Source: an uncultured Verrucomicrobiae bacterium (GTDB lineage Bacteria; Verrucomicrobiota; Verrucomicrobiia; Chthoniobacterales; JAFAMB01). From it: a DNA stretch of 64,000 nucleotides. Location of the stretch: positions 1 to 64,000 of the forward strand of contig CAVXLD010000013.1 in NCBI GenBank assembly GCA_963762565.1, written 5' to 3'. The notes beneath the pieces were generated by a model. The model made no database searches. It was not told the origin of the DNA and saw only the letters and a program-made list of their open reading frames with translations. The position numbers and the translations under genes were made by a program. Positions 60,348 to 64,000 of this stretch are shown here, piece after piece (within the stretch, counting starts at the first letter, position 1; each line of letters begins with the position of its first letter).

Positions 60348-61763
60348 ATGGCCACACTTCTTGCCAAGAACGCCGAAATCCTGGTGACCATGGACGGCCA
60401 ACGCCGGGAATTGAAGAACGCTGGGGTTTACGTCGAAGACGGTTTCATCAAGCAGGTCGGTCGGAACGAAGAGCTTCCTGGCACGGCCGAAATGGTGCTC
60501 GATCTTTCCGGGCAGATCGTTCTCCCAGGATTCGTCAATGCCCATCATCACCTGAATCAGACTCTCACGCGTAACCTGGTCGCTGCGCAGAACAACAATC
60601 TTTTCCCTTGGCTCCAGGCGCAATATCGGATTTGGGCCCGCACGACAGAGGAGGCCTCGCGCGCTAGTACGTTGATTGGACTGGCTGAACTCGCACTTTC
60701 CGGCTGTACGACGGTCTTCGATCACACTTATGTGTTCAAAAACGGGAACAACGTGGATTGCCAAATCCAGGCCGCGAAGGATCTCGGTGTACGTTTCCAC
60801 GCCAGCCGGGGCTCGATGTCCCTTGGCCAATCCCAAGGCGGGTTGCCACCGGATGATTGCGTAGAGGACGAGGGGTTTATCCTCAAGGACAGCCAGCGTG
60901 TCATCCAAGCTTATCATGACGCGTCCCCGGGTTCCATGACGCAGGTCGCGCTGGCGCCGTGCTCACCGTTTTCGGTTACCATCTCGCTACTGCGCGACTC
61001 CGCGGCGCTCGCTCGCCAATACAAAGTCAGACTCCACACTCACCTTTGCGAGACCCGCGACGAGGAACGCTACACACTCGAACGTCACCAGCTTCGTCCC
61101 GTGGATTGGATGGAGACGCATGGCTGGCTGGGTGACGACGTGTGGTTCGCCCATGCGATCCATGTCGATGACGATGAAATCAGGAAGTTCGCTCAGACCG
61201 GTTGTGGCGCGGCGCATTGTCCCTGCTCGAATATGCGTCTTGGATCCGGCATCGCGCCCATCAAGAAATATATGGCAGCCGGCGTGAAGGTCGGTATTGG
61301 CGTGGACGGATCGGCCAGCAACGACGCTTCGAACATGCTATTGGAAGCTCGCCAAGCGATGTTGCTAGCCCGGCTGCAAATCGGCCTGCTTCCACCGGAT
61401 GGTCCGCGCAAATATTTTCTGCTCTCGCAATCTCATCCGGTCCGGGCCAACGAATGGATGACGGCGCGCGAGGCGCTAGAGCTGGCCACGTTGGGTGGCG
61501 CCAGCGTGCTTGGACGCTCCGATATCGGTTCGCTCGAGCCGGGTAAATGCGCCGACTTTTTCTCACTGGATCTGCACAGCATCGGGTACGCCGGCGCGCT
61601 GCACGATCCGGTCGCTGCCACCCTTTTCTGCGCCCCGCAAAGCGCCAAATTTACCGTCGTTAACGGCAAGGTCATCGTGCGAGACGGTGAAGTTGTCACG
61701 ATGGACATGAAACCGGTTATCGAAACTCACAACCGCTGCGCCGCCGAAATGGCCAATGCCTAA
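60348..61763 (+). CDS. 8-oxoguanine deaminase-like amidohydrolase
   Basis: PGFVNAHHH..QTLTR, APCSPFSV, HTHLCET, HCPCSNMRL, GVDGSASND. Confidence 0.9.
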   Translation: MATLLAKNAEILVTMDGQRRELKNAGVYVEDGFIKQVGRNEELPGTAEMVLDLSGQIVLPGFVNAHHHLNQTLTRNLVAAQNNNLFPWLQAQYRIWARTTEEASRASTLIGLAELALSGCTTVFDHTYVFKNGNNVDCQIQAAKDLGVRFHASRGSMSLGQSQGGLPPDDCVEDEGFILKDSQRVIQAYHDASPGSMTQVALAPCSPFSVTISLLRDSAALARQYKVRLHTHLCETRDEERYTLERHQLRPVDWMETHGWLGDDVWFAHAIHVDDDEIRKFAQTGCGAAHCPCSNMRLGSGIAPIKKYMAAGVKVGIGVDGSASNDASNMLLEARQAMLLARLQIGLLPPDGPRKYFLLSQSHPVRANEWMTAREALELATLGGASVLGRSDIGSLEPGKCADFFSLDLHSIGYAGALHDPVAATLFCAPQSAKFTVVNGKVIVRDGEVVTMDMKPVIETHNRCAAEMANA

Positions 61764-61781
61764 ATTTACACGCCTTTATTT

Positions 61782-62600
61782 ATGGACCTAAACACCATCA
61801 CCGAAGTCCTGCGGCCCGCCGATGCGAACGCCGTGAAAAAATGGGAAAGCGGGTATGCCTGGCTGGCTGGCGGGACCTGGCTATTCTCGGAGCCGCAAGT
61901 TGCGACCCACACGCTCATCGACCTGGAATCATTGAATTGGCCCTCTCTGACCTCCTCGCCAGAGGGACTGGAGATCGCCGCGACTTGCCGGGTAGTAGAA
62001 CTCGATCACTTCAAGGCTCCGCCCGATTGGAAGGCAGCACCGCTTTTCCCGCAATGCTGCCGGGCGTTTCTTGCTTCTTTCAAGATCTGGAATGAAGCGA
62101 CCGTCGGCGGAAACATCGTCATGTCTCTGCCGGCCGGACCGATGATTTCTCTTGCGGCGGCGCTGGAAGGTATCTGCACGCTCTGGCCGCGCAATGGGGC
62201 GCCCCGCAAAGTGCCGGTGGTCGACTTTGTTACCGGGGATCATGCAAATGTGCTCGCGCCGGGCGAACTATTGCGTTCGATCTTTCTGCCCGCCTCGGCG
62301 CTGAAGAAAAGCTATGCATTCCGCCGCTTCACTCTGACTCATTTAGGACGTTCGGAGACTTTGCTGATCGGCACCCTCTGCCCGGAAAGCGGAGAATTTC
62401 TTTTGACCGTCACCGCCTCCACACTGCGACCTGTGCAGCTGCACTTTGAGAACGTGCCGTCCGCCGAAACGTTGGAGAACGCCTTAGACGACGCGGCGCC
62501 TTTTGACCTCTACCTCGACGACGCCCATGGCTCGCCCCGTCATCGCCAACATCTCACCTACTATTTTGCCGAACAGATTCGGCAACAACTTTCTAACTGA
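61782..62600 (+). CDS. Xanthine dehydrogenase-family FAD-binding subunit
   Basis: WLAGGTWLFSEPQ, ATVGGN, N.L.PGEL. Confidence 0.9.
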   Translation: MDLNTITEVLRPADANAVKKWESGYAWLAGGTWLFSEPQVATHTLIDLESLNWPSLTSSPEGLEIAATCRVVELDHFKAPPDWKAAPLFPQCCRAFLASFKIWNEATVGGNIVMSLPAGPMISLAAALEGICTLWPRNGAPRKVPVVDFVTGDHANVLAPGELLRSIFLPASALKKSYAFRRFTLTHLGRSETLLIGTLCPESGEFLLTVTASTLRPVQLHFENVPSAETLENALDDAAPFDLYLDDAHGSPRHRQHLTYYFAEQIRQQLSN

Positions 62601-62609
62601 AGCATTTTT

Positions 62610-64000
62610 ATGAGGTACAAAATCAACGGAAAACTCTTCGACGCCGAACCCCGGCCTGGCCAGTGTTTGAGAACTTTTGTCCGCGGCCTTGGTTGGTTAG
62701 GAGTCAAGAAAGGCTGCGATGCCGGCGATTGCGGCGCCTGCACGGTCTGGCTCGACGGGAAACCGGTGCATAGCTGCCTGCTTCCGGCTTTCCGCGCAGC
62801 AAATCGCGAGGTCACGACCATCGAAGGCCTCTCTAGCAATGGTGAGCTGCATCCCATACAGCAAGCATTTCTCGATGCGCAGGCGTTCCAATGCGGTTTT
62901 TGCAGCGCGGGCATGATCATGACATCCGCCAGCCTCTCTGAAGAGCAGAAACAAGACCTTCCATTTCACTTGAAGGGCAACCTTTGCCGCTGCACCGGGT
63001 ACCGCAGCATCGAAGATGCCCTTCATGGCATAAAGAACACAGAAGAGGATGTCGCCGGGAAAGCTTGTGGGGCGGGTCTCGGTAATCCGTTCGGCCCCAG
63101 CATCGTCACGGGCAAGGCTCGTTATACGATGGATTTGCCAGTGGACAACTTGCTGCACCTAAAGGTCCTGCGCTCACCACATGCCCACGCCCGCATCCGC
63201 GGCATTGACACCAAAGCGGCGCGAGCTGTCCCGGGAGTTGTTCAGGTTTTTACCTGGGAAGATGTTCCCCGTCGCCTTTTCAGTACGGCAATTCATGAGG
63301 ATCACCTGGTCGATCCTGACGATACTTATGTTCTCGACAACGTCGTTCGCTTCGTGGGCCAGCGGGTCGTTGCAGTGGTTGCCGAGAGCGAAGCCGCGGC
63401 AGAAGCCGCCTGTCGCGAAGTGCGGGTGGATTACGAAGTACTCCCCGCGGTTTTCGACCCGGAGCTGGCGATGGAGCCGAATGCCCCGATTCTTCACCAT
63501 AAAGAGGGCCAGGCGAAGGGTAATATTTTTTGTGAGATCCATGGCGAGGTCGGCAGCGTAAAGGATGGGTTCGCGGCAGCTGACGCTGTTCACGAGATGA
63601 CCTACTCGACTTCCCGGGTCCAGCATGTCCATCTGGAAACGCACGGTTCGATCGCATGGAAGGGCGACGACGGCCGGATTCATGTCCGCACCAGTTCGCA
63701 GGGGCCTTTCATCGTGCGCCAGAAGCTCTGCCATATCTTTGGCCTCAACGTGGCTAACGTCCACGTTTTCACCGAGCGAGTGGGCGGCGGCTTCGGCGGC
63801 AAACAGGAGATGGTAACCGAAGATCTCTGTGTCCTGGCGCTCCTTAAGATCGGCCGGCCGGTCAAATGGGAGTTCACGCGTGAGGAACAGTTCATCGGCG
63901 CAACCACACGCCATCAAATGACGACTCATGTAAAGTTAGGCGCAAAAACCGACGGAACACTGACGGCGATTCAGGTGAGGGTAGTTTCTAACACCGGCGG
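62610..64000 (+). CDS. Xanthine dehydrogenase-family fused 2Fe-2S plus molybdopterin subunit (partial, runs off window)
   Basis: Not in the ORF track; reads MRYKING..KKGCDAGDCGAC, FQCGFC, GNLCRCTGY, LRSPHAHA, VGGGFGGKQ. Confidence 0.93.
   Translation, partial: MRYKINGKLFDAEPRPGQCLRTFVRGLGWLGVKKGCDAGDCGACTVWLDGKPVHSCLLPAFRAANREVTTIEGLSSNGELHPIQQAFLDAQAFQCGFCSAGMIMTSASLSEEQKQDLPFHLKGNLCRCTGYRSIEDALHGIKNTEEDVAGKACGAGLGNPFGPSIVTGKARYTMDLPVDNLLHLKVLRSPHAHARIRGIDTKAARAVPGVVQVFTWEDVPRRLFSTAIHEDHLVDPDDTYVLDNVVRFVGQRVVAVVAESEAAAEAACREVRVDYEVLPAVFDPELAMEPNAPILHHKEGQAKGNIFCEIHGEVGSVKDGFAAADAVHEMTYSTSRVQHVHLETHGSIAWKGDDGRIHVRTSSQGPFIVRQKLCHIFGLNVANVHVFTERVGGGFGGKQEMVTEDLCVLALLKIGRPVKWEFTREEQFIGATTRHQMTTHVKLGAKTDGTLTAIQVRVVSNTG

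Overview
Bacterial chromosomal window of about 55 CDS plus one tRNA-Ala(CGC); gene content and protein style suggest a soil Verrucomicrobiota (inference only). Housekeeping and metabolic genes include gltX, aroE, a gspE/gspF-like pair, a phoB-like regulator-porin-pstB cluster, tamB-tamA, HU, nnr, kbl, kefC/kefG-like, bioF, proC, a MacAB-type ABC exporter, clpB, msrB, mscS and a purine deaminase/xanthine dehydrogenase-like operon running off the right end. Most notable observations: (1) a GH1 glycoside hydrolase with a circularly permuted amino-acid-binding (SBP family 3) domain inserted between its two catalytic glutamates; (2) three tandem micro-lipoproteins sharing a YD-x5-[FY]-x3/4-WPFG motif inside a Pho-box-preceded phosphate cluster; (3) a dense set of intergenic inverted-repeat elements with 7/8/9-mer tandem arms or REP-like arms and variable cargo, which nest into each other and appear in-frame inside gltX, tamB and a HAD hydrolase; (4) a recently amplified 7-blade beta-propeller with hypervariable loop codons, in an accessory region after the tRNA that starts with a phage tape-measure-like remnant. 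No transposase, integrase, reverse transcriptase or CRISPR array was seen. All family assignments come from motif recognition by eye, not database searches.
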